Source: an uncultured Verrucomicrobiae bacterium
Lineage (GTDB): Bacteria; Chlamydiota; Chlamydiia; Chlamydiales; Rhabdochlamydiaceae
DNA: 64,000 bases
Direction of reading: 5' to 3'
Assembly: GCA_963806855.1 (NCBI GenBank)
Contig: CAWDYW010000003.1
Location: forward strand, 704,001-768,000
Part shown: in pieces, positions 9,785-17,773 of the stretch
How the letters are laid out: each line of letters starts with the position of its first letter
How positions within the stretch are numbered: the first letter of the stretch is position 1
Notes under the pieces: model-generated
What the model saw: the letters and a program-made list of their open reading frames with translations, nothing else
Databases searched by the model: none
What the model was told of the DNA's origin: nothing
Position numbers and translations under genes: made by a program

Positions 9785-10381
9785 ATGAAGCAATTACTCT
9801 ATAACCTCATCCAGTATGTTATTTTGGGACTGGGCTGGATACTTCTTATTCCATTTGCCCCAATTATTGGATTAATCGGCATCCTTTTTTACGGCATCCA
9901 AGCTCTACGCCAACTCCCCAAACACCGCTCACTCTATCGACAAACTCTTTTCAATGGCATAAGAGAAAACTATGGTCGCATCCCTGGGCAAGATTATTCA
10001 CAATGGGACGGCAAGCAAATCATCCCTTGTCATAGAAAGCTAAATTTGAAGGGCATCTATTTGCATGGGGCAGAAAATCAAAATTTTTTGGTTGCAGAAC
10101 CTCTTATTAAAACCCCCTTTTGCATAGAAGAAGATCTACGATGGCTTGAGGTTGAGTTTTTAAGATATGTAGATAAGGCAGTGCTCGATGAAAAACTAGA
10201 TAAATTCCAACTTTCTGCCTTGGCTCTTATTCCTATCTTTGGAGTGTATGCTGCTGTATGTCTATTTATTGGCAGGACTGAGCCTATGAGCCGCGGCCGT
10301 TTTTGGAATTGGTGGGACGCGCTTGAATTTCATATCGAAACCTGCAAAAAAAATTTGGGATATGATGAATATAGAAAATAA
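9785..10381 (+). CDS. Hypothetical membrane protein (N-terminal hydrophobic hairpin)
   Basis: 198-aa ORF, purine-rich RBS, hydrophobic segments near both ends. Confidence 0.7.
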   Translation: MKQLLYNLIQYVILGLGWILLIPFAPIIGLIGILFYGIQALRQLPKHRSLYRQTLFNGIRENYGRIPGQDYSQWDGKQIIPCHRKLNLKGIYLHGAENQNFLVAEPLIKTPFCIEEDLRWLEVEFLRYVDKAVLDEKLDKFQLSALALIPIFGVYAAVCLFIGRTEPMSRGRFWNWWDALEFHIETCKKNLGYDEYRK

Positions 10382-10676
10382 ATCTGCAGAGCTAAAAGGA
10401 CTTAAAAAGCTGGTGATTTTCTGCACAATCCTCTATGGGACTTTCCTCACCATCAGCCTCTTCAATATCGTGAACACCATTGTCCGCATCATCCTTTGGT
10501 ATTCTTTGTATCCCCTTTTAGGGTGGTTATGGGTATCTATTGCCCTTGGCATTCCTTTATCAATGATCATCTTTATCGCGAAACTTTGGTCGCACTATTT
10601 AAAAAGTAACGTTAATAAAGTTTATCTATATTCTATTTTGCCTTTACTAGTATTAATTATTTCATTTTTAATTTAA
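10323..10676 (+). CDS. Small hypothetical multi-pass membrane protein
   Basis: About three hydrophobic helices; likely start at ATG 10362 or 10365. Confidence 0.55.
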   Translation: MNFISKPAKKIWDMMNIENKSAELKGLKKLVIFCTILYGTFLTISLFNIVNTIVRIILWYSLYPLLGWLWVSIALGIPLSMIIFIAKLWSHYLKSNVNKVYLYSILPLLVLIISFLI

Positions 10677-10697
10677 CAAGAGAAACCCGACTTATAT

Positions 10698-11084
10698 ATG
10701 AAAGAAAGAGAAAAAGTCCTTGAGGAAGTGAAGCAATACGGATTGAATCTTGAATTTGCAAGCGATGAGTTCAAGAATGACCGGGAAATCGTTCTTGCAG
10801 CTGTAAAGCGAGGAGGATGGGCTCTTGTGTTTGCCAGTGATGAACTCAAAAATGATCGAGAGATTGTCCTTGTGGCTGTCCAAGAAAATGGAGGAGCGCT
10901 TCTGGTTGCCAGTGATGAACTCAAAAATGATCGAGAGATCGTCCTTGATGCTGTGCAGCAAAACCCTGAGGCTATTCGATTTGCAGATGCATGCCTGAAG
11001 GATGACCCTTTATTCACAGAACATTTTCGCTGGCTTGAGTCTAATCCTGAGAAAAAACCACTATGGGAATTCAAGATCGTATGA
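10698..11084 (+). CDS. DUF4116-repeat protein
   Basis: Three 25-aa repeats ASDE(F/L)KNDREIVLxAV, seen as 75-bp DNA repeats. Confidence 0.85.
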   Translation: MKEREKVLEEVKQYGLNLEFASDEFKNDREIVLAAVKRGGWALVFASDELKNDREIVLVAVQENGGALLVASDELKNDREIVLDAVQQNPEAIRFADACLKDDPLFTEHFRWLESNPEKKPLWEFKIV

Positions 11085-11101
11085 GTTTTAAGGATAGGAA
11101 A

Positions 11102-11155
11102 AACAAGCGGGTTTGAGCTCTTCCCCCTAGGGGGAAGGGCTCAAGCCCGTTTGTT
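11102..11155 (+). repeat. 54-bp palindrome/hairpin between convergent genes
   Basis: 25-bp arms around CTAG; the three mismatches are all G:U-compatible on the + strand. Confidence 0.85.
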
Positions 11156-11239
11156 CGAATTCTACCTTTTTGTTGGGATTAACCCTTCAAAAAGAGAACC
11201 ACCCAAAATATCTCCCAATTTTTTAAGATTTAGGACTCT

Positions 11240-11569
11240 TCAAGTGTTTGCCTTAAGGGCAGAGGCACGAGCGAATAGCTGCTCTCGTGTCACCACAGTG
11301 CCGTCTTGCAAAGTCGTGGTCTGACGGCCGGAAAGCGTTTCGCCAAGTTTGATGTAAGCTGTGGCTTTGGTTTTGGCTGTTCCTAGAGAAATGATCCTTT
11401 TATAACAATCTTGCAGTGTTACATAACCACCGCTAATGAAAACCTTTGGGAATAGGCTGCCGTCAAGCTCATTAGCAATCTCTATCCATGCATTTACAAA
11501 ATTAGGATTTATTTCCAAACCTTTTGCGAGCAAATCTTTTTTATCTAAATCTCCCTCATTCCGATGCAC
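11240..11569 (-). pseudogene. TPR-like gene fragment next to a MITE
   Basis: AKGLEINPNFVNAWIEIANEL and AYIKLGETL resemble TPR helices; no good start; abuts the element at 11639. Confidence 0.5.
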
Positions 11570-11638
11570 CCTTATGCTATTCGTGCCGATTATGCGGGCC
11601 AGTTCGAAAAAGAGTTAGGGTGATAGTTTGGAAAAGTT

Positions 11639-11824
11639 GGCGCTGTTGCGTAATTTAACTCTCTGAAAATCAAAAAAATTATATCACCACAGAGAGCACA
11701 GAGGACACAGAGAAAAAATGGCCTTCTATAGGGAATTTGGAAATTTTTTTCTCTGTGCTCTCTGTGGTGATAAATATTTTATATTCAATCTCTTAAGAGC
11801 GAATTCTAATTACGCAACAACGCC
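11639..11824. mobile_element. 186-bp MITE with IS903-like (IS5 family) terminal inverted repeats
   Basis: GGCGCTGTTGCGTAATT / AATTACGCAACAACGCC (16 of 17 match); internal arms ATCACCACAGAGAGCACAGAG / CTCTGTGCTCTCTGTGGTGAT; no target duplication seen. Confidence 0.75.
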
Positions 11825-11887
11825 ATGGTTTTTGTCAAAAATATAATTACTTAATTTTAAACAACTTACATAACTGTAAGTAATTAA

Positions 11888-11916
11888 TTGACAATAATTA
11901 CAAATTTATATATAAT
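11888..11916 (+). promoter_or_regulatory. Consensus sigma70/66 promoter
   Basis: TTGACA(11888)-17-TATAAT(11911); AAGGAG RBS follows. Confidence 0.85.
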
Positions 11917-11945
11917 TAATTATATAATTTAAACAAGGAGTAATT

Positions 11946-12455
11946 ATGAGTATAAATCCACCACAGGCAGCGGCCAGCGACCATAATGGAAACTCAAGCA
12001 AAGGAACATCAGATTTAGTAATAATTGGAGCATCGGCACTTGTCGTAGGATCTACGGTAGCTTTAACTTTTGCGGGAAGGCAAATATCAAAAATGTTATG
12101 GGCGGAAAGTCCAGTTAAAAATCAGCTTCAAAATACCCAAGAGTTAGAAATGACTCTAGCTCGAATAAAGAAAGTGAGCGCATCTCTCATAGGTGATCAT
12201 AAAGAATTTGGTAAAAACTTAGCAGAACTGCCTGAAAATATCAAAGAAGGTTATGCACAAATCATTAGGACTCCATTGAATCAATTGTCAATGGACGTTA
12301 GAAGAGCTTTAGAAAAGTTGAAGGCAAGTGATGAATATCTATCGATCGTGGAAAAATGCGATGGCACCGCTGATCCAGAAAAAGTTGCATTGGGAAAAAT
12401 ATTCTTCGAATTTCAAATGAGGTCGATTGAAGAACAGATCATGCCCGAGCTCTAA
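11946..12455 (+). CDS. Hypothetical protein with one hydrophobic segment (effector/Inc-like)
   Basis: Polar N-terminus MSINPPQAAAS, then LVIIGASALVVGSTVALTFAG; consensus promoter and RBS. Confidence 0.8.
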   Translation: MSINPPQAAASDHNGNSSKGTSDLVIIGASALVVGSTVALTFAGRQISKMLWAESPVKNQLQNTQELEMTLARIKKVSASLIGDHKEFGKNLAELPENIKEGYAQIIRTPLNQLSMDVRRALEKLKASDEYLSIVEKCDGTADPEKVALGKIFFEFQMRSIEEQIMPEL

Positions 12456-12466
12456 ATAAACGTTTA

Positions 12467-12742
12467 CTATTTATCCATTTCAATGTTTAGGTTCAAATCA
12501 ATGACACCAAATTCATCGCACTGGAAAAGACCAAGCGAAGTCCAAAGGAGGCCATTTTCATCTAACAGTTGGGCGGTGATCCGGATTTCTTCTCCCGGCT
12601 CTGGACCACGGAAGACAATGGAGATTTCTTGATCCACGGATGATTGCTCAATATAAGCTTCAGTATACACCGATGCGGGAGGCACTAAAGAAGATTGGAG
12701 GATGGCTCCAGAGAGAATCCAAGAAGTGGGGAAAATCTGCAT
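12467..12742 (-). pseudogene. Acyl-CoA thioesterase/BAAT N-terminal domain fragment
   Basis: VDQEISIVFRGPEPGEEIRITAQ...WTSLGLFQCDEFGVIDL resembles the BAAT N-domain; hydrolase domain absent. Confidence 0.6.
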
Positions 12743-12799
12743 ACGCGTAATCCTAGCATAAAAGCCCCTGGGAATGCAAAATCAGTAGAAAAAAATTTC

Positions 12800-14383
12800 C
12801 TATGAGTCCAATTCCCAAATATCGGTCGCCACCTTGTCGATGAACATTTGATCGTGTGAAATAGCGAGGATGGCTCCATCAAAATCAAGCAGCGCTTTTT
12901 CAAAGGCCTCAAGGGTCATCAAGTCGAGGTGGTTGGTTGGCTCGTCGAGCAGTAAAACATTGGGCTTCTCTAGAGTGAGAGCGAGGAGCATCAGCCGTTT
13001 TCTCTGCCCGACGCTCAATGTGGCAAACGGGCGGTGGATCAGCTCTGCCCCACTAAGAGCTGCCATATGGAGCGCTCGACGCAATTTCTCTTCATTGAGG
13101 TTGAACCGGTTTTCAAAGTATTCGAGAGGGGTTTGGTCCATTGGAAGCAATTCGACCTCTTGGTCCAGATAGGCGATCTTGACCCCTTGTGACCAGCGGA
13201 CCTGCCCTTCATCGATAGGCAAAAGGCCAGCCAGACAACGTAGCAGAGTGGTTTTCCCGGTTCCATTGGCACCTGTCAGCACAATGCGGGCCCCATTCTT
13301 CAGCTTGCCGCTATAATCTGAAAAGAGCACCTTATCCCCAAATGCCTTACGGATGCCCTCCCATTCGACTGCGATTGACGATGGCAGCGGGGTTTGTTCA
13401 AAGCGGAGTCCCTTGATGCTTTTTGGCTTGGGATGGGGGAGGGGATTGGCGTCAATTTCAGCCAGACGCCCCTTCCAAAAATCCAAATTGCGCTGCACCG
13501 ACTTCTGGTGTTTTTCCCCGCGCCGGTCATAAGCCATGATATTGCGATCCGATGGGGGAGTAGGCTTTGCCTTCGAAAAAGTGGTCTCTTTGATTTTTTT
13601 CTTTAGCTCCGCCCGCTCCTCTTCCTGCGCAAGATAGTCTTGCATCTGCTTCTCCAGAAGCCGTTTTTGTTCCTTGAGATAGAAATCGTAGCTTCCCCCA
13701 TAGAGGGTCAATTTGCCCCCTTTGATTTCAACCAGACGGTTGCAGGTCTCATTCAAAAACTTCCGCTCGTGCGAGACAATCACGGTCGCCCCTTTCCTGC
13801 TCCGCAGCATCTCCTGAAGCCACAGTTGCATCTGCTGATCCAAGTGGTTGGTCGGCTCGTCGAGCAGCAGCAGATCGGGATCCTCCATCAAGGCTTTTGC
13901 AAGCGCAATGCGGACCCGCTGACCACTGCTAAGAGAGGCCATTGGCTGGTCGAGAAGGTCCTCTAGCCTTAGCCCCTGCAGCATCTTTTCAAGCGGCAGC
14001 CGGCGATATCCACCTAGCCGCTCATATTCAGCATGAAGCTCTTCCCACTCTGCAATGCGGGCTGGATCTTCGAGGCACTGGGCCATCTGCTCTTCAAGGT
14101 TCGATAGGGGCCCTTCTTCGAGATAGCTTCGCGCAGTCCCTTCTGTTGGGGGAACCTCTTGGGGAAGAAAGCCGATCGACAAATGGGGCGCCTGAGAGAA
14201 CTGGCCAGAATCGGGCTGCACGAGGCCGCTCAGCAGCTGCAATAGGGTCGTCTTGCCAGCGCCGTTTTCGCCGATGAGGGCAAAGATCTCCCCATCATTG
14301 ATTGACAAGGCGATATCCTCAAAAAGGGGCCGATTTCCAAAAATTTTAAAGAGATGAGTAAATTGAATAAGGAGTCGAGACAT
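12800..14383 (-). CDS. ABC-F ATPase, candidate ribosome-protection (ARE-type)
   Basis: Two NBDs (GENGAGKT/LSSGQ/LLLDEPTNHLD; GANGTGKT/LSVGQ/LLLDEPTNHLD), no TM domain, long interdomain linker. Confidence 0.92.
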   Translation of the reverse strand: MSRLLIQFTHLFKIFGNRPLFEDIALSINDGEIFALIGENGAGKTTLLQLLSGLVQPDSGQFSQAPHLSIGFLPQEVPPTEGTARSYLEEGPLSNLEEQMAQCLEDPARIAEWEELHAEYERLGGYRRLPLEKMLQGLRLEDLLDQPMASLSSGQRVRIALAKALMEDPDLLLLDEPTNHLDQQMQLWLQEMLRSRKGATVIVSHERKFLNETCNRLVEIKGGKLTLYGGSYDFYLKEQKRLLEKQMQDYLAQEEERAELKKKIKETTFSKAKPTPPSDRNIMAYDRRGEKHQKSVQRNLDFWKGRLAEIDANPLPHPKPKSIKGLRFEQTPLPSSIAVEWEGIRKAFGDKVLFSDYSGKLKNGARIVLTGANGTGKTTLLRCLAGLLPIDEGQVRWSQGVKIAYLDQEVELLPMDQTPLEYFENRFNLNEEKLRRALHMAALSGAELIHRPFATLSVGQRKRLMLLALTLEKPNVLLLDEPTNHLDLMTLEAFEKALLDFDGAILAISHDQMFIDKVATDIWELDS

Positions 14384-14491
14384 AAATTTGTTCCTGGGTT
14401 AGTGGTTTAGAATAGGGGGAACGAACTTATTTTCTCATTGGGAGTTACTCCTTTTAACTAAATTATAACAATTTTTGTGTGTTTTTGTCAA
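14381..14491 (-). promoter_or_regulatory. ABC-F leader: promoter, MRK uORF (14438-14427) and RBS-sequestering stem
   Basis: TTGACA-18-TATAAT (14491-14462); AAGGAG then ATG AGA AAA TAA; AUAAGUUCGUUCC pairs with GGAACAAAUUUAU (RBS plus start). Confidence 0.7.
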
Positions 14492-14531
14492 GATGAACAT
14501 TGCAAAATGTTGATAGTTAAAGTATAGTGGC

Positions 14532-15515
14532 TTGGTGTTCAAATTGAAGTTGCTTGCTTTATTTGCCTTTATTACCTTAGAGGCGTCAGATATTTATGAC
14601 CTCAAATTGATTTATAACAAAGAGGCTGGTTATGAATACTCCCTGCCACAAAATATCCTTGAGAGTTATCTATCTGGTAAGGCTTTTGATCATCCACAGC
14701 TCTATTCTCTAGAGGAGTCGGAAGCTCTGCATGCCGATATCAGTGCCTTATATGAGCAGATCCTGGCTAAAGATCCTGTGCGGAAAAAATTGGCTGTCAT
14801 CACCGCAGGCGCTCCCGGAGCTGGCAAGACGGTGAAGATGAAACAAGATTTGGAAGCGCGTCAAACGGAATCGGGGGACAACTTTGCCTATATCGATCCC
14901 GATGATGTCTGTTTAAAAAATCAAACGAGAACCTATCTTGTCGACATCGCAAGTGGGGATGGCTCCTTTCAAGCTAGAAAAATGGCTTATGATAAGTGGA
15001 GACCTGGCTCCAATGGGGCCAATCATCTCATTTTGGCGAATCTGATACGGGAAGGTTACGCTTTCTATTTTGGAATGACTTCAACAGGGCCTGTTACGTG
15101 GAAGTTTTTCGAATTTCTGAAGAACCAAGGTTATCAGATTCGGCTCATTCATATCTCGGCGCCCGATGATGTCCGCTGGGAATCGATCAAGGAGCGAGAC
15201 AAGACCTTCGTTCAAACAACCGAGCAAGACATCATCGAAAAAGGGCTGCTCTTGCCTCAGCGGATAACCGATACCTATTTGAAATATGCCGATCGGATCG
15301 AATTTTGCTATCGGTCAGCGGTCGATCAAGATGCGATACTGGCTGCCATTTGGGACAAAAATGAAAGGAAGCTGACAATTTGCAATCCCGAGCTCTATGA
15401 AAAGATCACTGCGCTTCATGATCTTCTCGCTGAAAAGCTCCATCGGCCAGATCTCTATTGGGAATCGATTTCCATCACAAGCTTTCCCTTGACGCGGCCT
15501 CTTTCTAAGAGCTGA
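14532..15515 (+). CDS. Zeta-toxin-like P-loop kinase with a signal-peptide-like N-terminus
   Basis: AGAPGAGKT, YIDPDD, GYQIRLIHI; N-terminus VFKLKLLALFAFITLEA. Confidence 0.75.
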   Translation: MVFKLKLLALFAFITLEASDIYDLKLIYNKEAGYEYSLPQNILESYLSGKAFDHPQLYSLEESEALHADISALYEQILAKDPVRKKLAVITAGAPGAGKTVKMKQDLEARQTESGDNFAYIDPDDVCLKNQTRTYLVDIASGDGSFQARKMAYDKWRPGSNGANHLILANLIREGYAFYFGMTSTGPVTWKFFEFLKNQGYQIRLIHISAPDDVRWESIKERDKTFVQTTEQDIIEKGLLLPQRITDTYLKYADRIEFCYRSAVDQDAILAAIWDKNERKLTICNPELYEKITALHDLLAEKLHRPDLYWESISITSFPLTRPLSKS

Positions 15516-16489
15516 AGAGCAGTCTCGACTGTTTGAACACTGAGAGGCCCAACAATTTGGTGGAAAGGGGGCTTCAGAGATCCTGTTTCGAGCATCTTGG
15601 TAAAGAGCTGTAGGTGATCAGAATAGATCTTCCAATGGCGGCGGCTCGGATCAGCGAGTTCAGCCCCGAGCGCAACCTGGTGAATCGACATATTCCTCGC
15701 GCGGGGAATCGCGTTTTCTTCCCAAATGGGGAATTGGAAATCCTTTTCGGGGAGGATTGTCGAGAAATGGCCAGAATATCCAGTCAATTCCAGGCACAAT
15801 TTTTTCATCTCTCCACCAACGAGGTCAAGCGTAGCATCAAAATATTCGCCACCGTTCAATTTGAGTAGCTCCTTTTTCAGCTCATCATGGGAAAGACCTT
15901 CGTAGAACACGATATGATGTTGATCAATCCCTAGGTGCTCATGCAAAAACTCTGCGCTTTTTCGATCTCTAGCCACTGTGTAAATCGTTTTAACACCGAG
16001 TTGCTTCAGGAACTGAGCGGCAAACACACCTACGCCCCCTCCAATTCCCCCAGCAAAGACCGAGTCTCCTTTTTTGAAAGCGCCCGAGGCGATCGTGGCC
16101 CGGAAAGCGGTCGTAGTGGCTAGAGGGATAGCTGCTGCTTGGGCATAATTGAGATTCTTGGGTTTCCTGGCGAGTAACTCTTGCGGAACACAAGAATATT
16201 GCGCATAAGTGCCATTGGAACTTTTCAATGCCATGCCGTACACCTCATCCCCGATTGCGAAGTGTTTCGCTTGAGGTCCAGTTGCATCGATCACCCCGCT
16301 AAAGTCAAAACCGATAATCTGATGAGGATCGCCTCCAAACCACCCTTCGCGGATCTTCCAGTCGACAGGATTAAAAGCTGCTGTTTTGATCTTGACCCTC
16401 ACTTCGCCCTCTTTGGGAATGGGCAAGGTCACTTCTTCCAGAGCAAAACAACCTTCTCGGCCAAATTTATGCATGACAACTGCTTGCAT
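15455..16489 (-). CDS. NADPH:quinone oxidoreductase (MDR superfamily)
   Basis: FNPVDWKIREG, GFDFSGV, GTYAQY, GGIGGGVG, GKLVM. Confidence 0.9.
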   Translation of the reverse strand: MQAVVMHKFGREGCFALEEVTLPIPKEGEVRVKIKTAAFNPVDWKIREGWFGGDPHQIIGFDFSGVIDATGPQAKHFAIGDEVYGMALKSSNGTYAQYSCVPQELLARKPKNLNYAQAAAIPLATTTAFRATIASGAFKKGDSVFAGGIGGGVGVFAAQFLKQLGVKTIYTVARDRKSAEFLHEHLGIDQHHIVFYEGLSHDELKKELLKLNGGEYFDATLDLVGGEMKKLCLELTGYSGHFSTILPEKDFQFPIWEENAIPRARNMSIHQVALGAELADPSRRHWKIYSDHLQLFTKMLETGSLKPPFHQIVGPLSVQTVETALQLLERGRVKGKLVMEIDSQ

Positions 16490-16501
16490 TTGTTTCCTCC
16501 A

Positions 16502-17122
16502 CTATTGAAATAACAGGCTAATTAACGCCGCCAGGCCAAAGCATGCGATGATAATCCCGGCGGTCCGATTGATCCAGAGCATCACTTTTTGGCTCACTTT
16601 CTTCCTAAATAGGGTGACCCCTTCGCTTAAAATCAGCCACCAAATTGCCGAGCCCAAAAAGACCCCCACTACAAGTGCGGCGGCATCAATGTAGGTTCCT
16701 TTGATGCTCGAGAGCCCGATGCCGGCAAACACCGCGACAAAGGCCAGGATCGTGAGCGGATTAGAAAGAGTGAGAAAAAAGGTGGAGACAAAGTCATTCA
16801 AGAGCGAAGTGTGGGAGACTGGCCGTGCTTTTTCTGCGGGCTTAGACGAAAATGTCCTCCAACCAAGATAAAGCAGAAATGCCCCTCCGATTAGGTGTAG
16901 CCAAAATTGGCCGGCAATGAGGAAATTGGAGATGAAGGTGAGGCCAAAAGCGGCGATGACAGCGTAGATCGCATCGGCAAGCGCAGCCCCAAGCCCCGAA
17001 AAGAGGCCAGAAAAACGGCCATACTGTAATGTTCTTCGAATGCACAGAACACCAATTGGACCGACGGGCGCAGCAATCGAAAATCCAAGAATAATGCCTT
17101 TTAAAAAGAAGCCTAATTCCAT
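16502..17122 (-). CDS. LysE-family exporter
   Basis: GFSIAAPVGPIGVLCIRRTL, GLGAALAD, LTLSNPLTI. Confidence 0.92.
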   Translation of the reverse strand: MELGFFLKGIILGFSIAAPVGPIGVLCIRRTLQYGRFSGLFSGLGAALADAIYAVIAAFGLTFISNFLIAGQFWLHLIGGAFLLYLGWRTFSSKPAEKARPVSHTSLLNDFVSTFFLTLSNPLTILAFVAVFAGIGLSSIKGTYIDAAALVVGVFLGSAIWWLILSEGVTLFRKKVSQKVMLWINRTAGIIIACFGLAALISLLFQ

Positions 17123-17224
17123 CTTGCAATATTTTTATTTTGAGCATACCATGGATAGGTCAAAAATGATACTCAATACTGATCGAATCAATGCTGTTTG
17201 ACAAGGAAATCGGAGGTAACGCCT

Positions 17225-17773
17225 ATGGTTAAAAATACTTTGAAAAAAACTGCCGAGATTGCTGCTTTGTCAGATGGTTATAAAGATATTTTAGCTTCCA
17301 TTATTTCCAAAATTAAAGCCGCTCAGGCAAGAGCCATGAGCGCAGTTAACCATGAACTCATAGAAGTTTATAGGGATATTGGGAAGATCATTTATGAGCA
17401 ACAGCAGAAAGGGGTGTGGGGCGATTCAATTGTAAAAAGCTTGGCTGTCGACCTTCAAAAGGATTTTCCTGGTATGAGAGGGTTCTCTTATCGCAACCTA
17501 TATACTATGAGAGAGTTATACCTTTCTTATAAGGACAGCGAAAAATTGCAGACATTGTCTGCACAAATTAGCTGGTCGCATAATGTGGCCCTCCTCTCGA
17601 AGTGCCAAAACTCTCTTGAAAAGGAATTTTACATGAGGCTGTCGAGGAGAAATGGCTGGACCTATCGTGTTTTGATCCATCACATTGAGAATGGCACCTA
17701 TGAGAAAACGATCGCTAGTCAGTCAAATTTTGAGAAAAGCCTTCCGAATGACTATAGAGAAAATTGGAAATGA
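17225..17773 (+). pseudogene. DUF1016 (YhcG) N-terminal domain only
   Basis: AVNHELI..Y..IG, WG..IV..LA.DL..DFPGMRGFS.RNL, ISWSHN; C-terminal PD-(D/E)XK domain missing. Confidence 0.75.
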
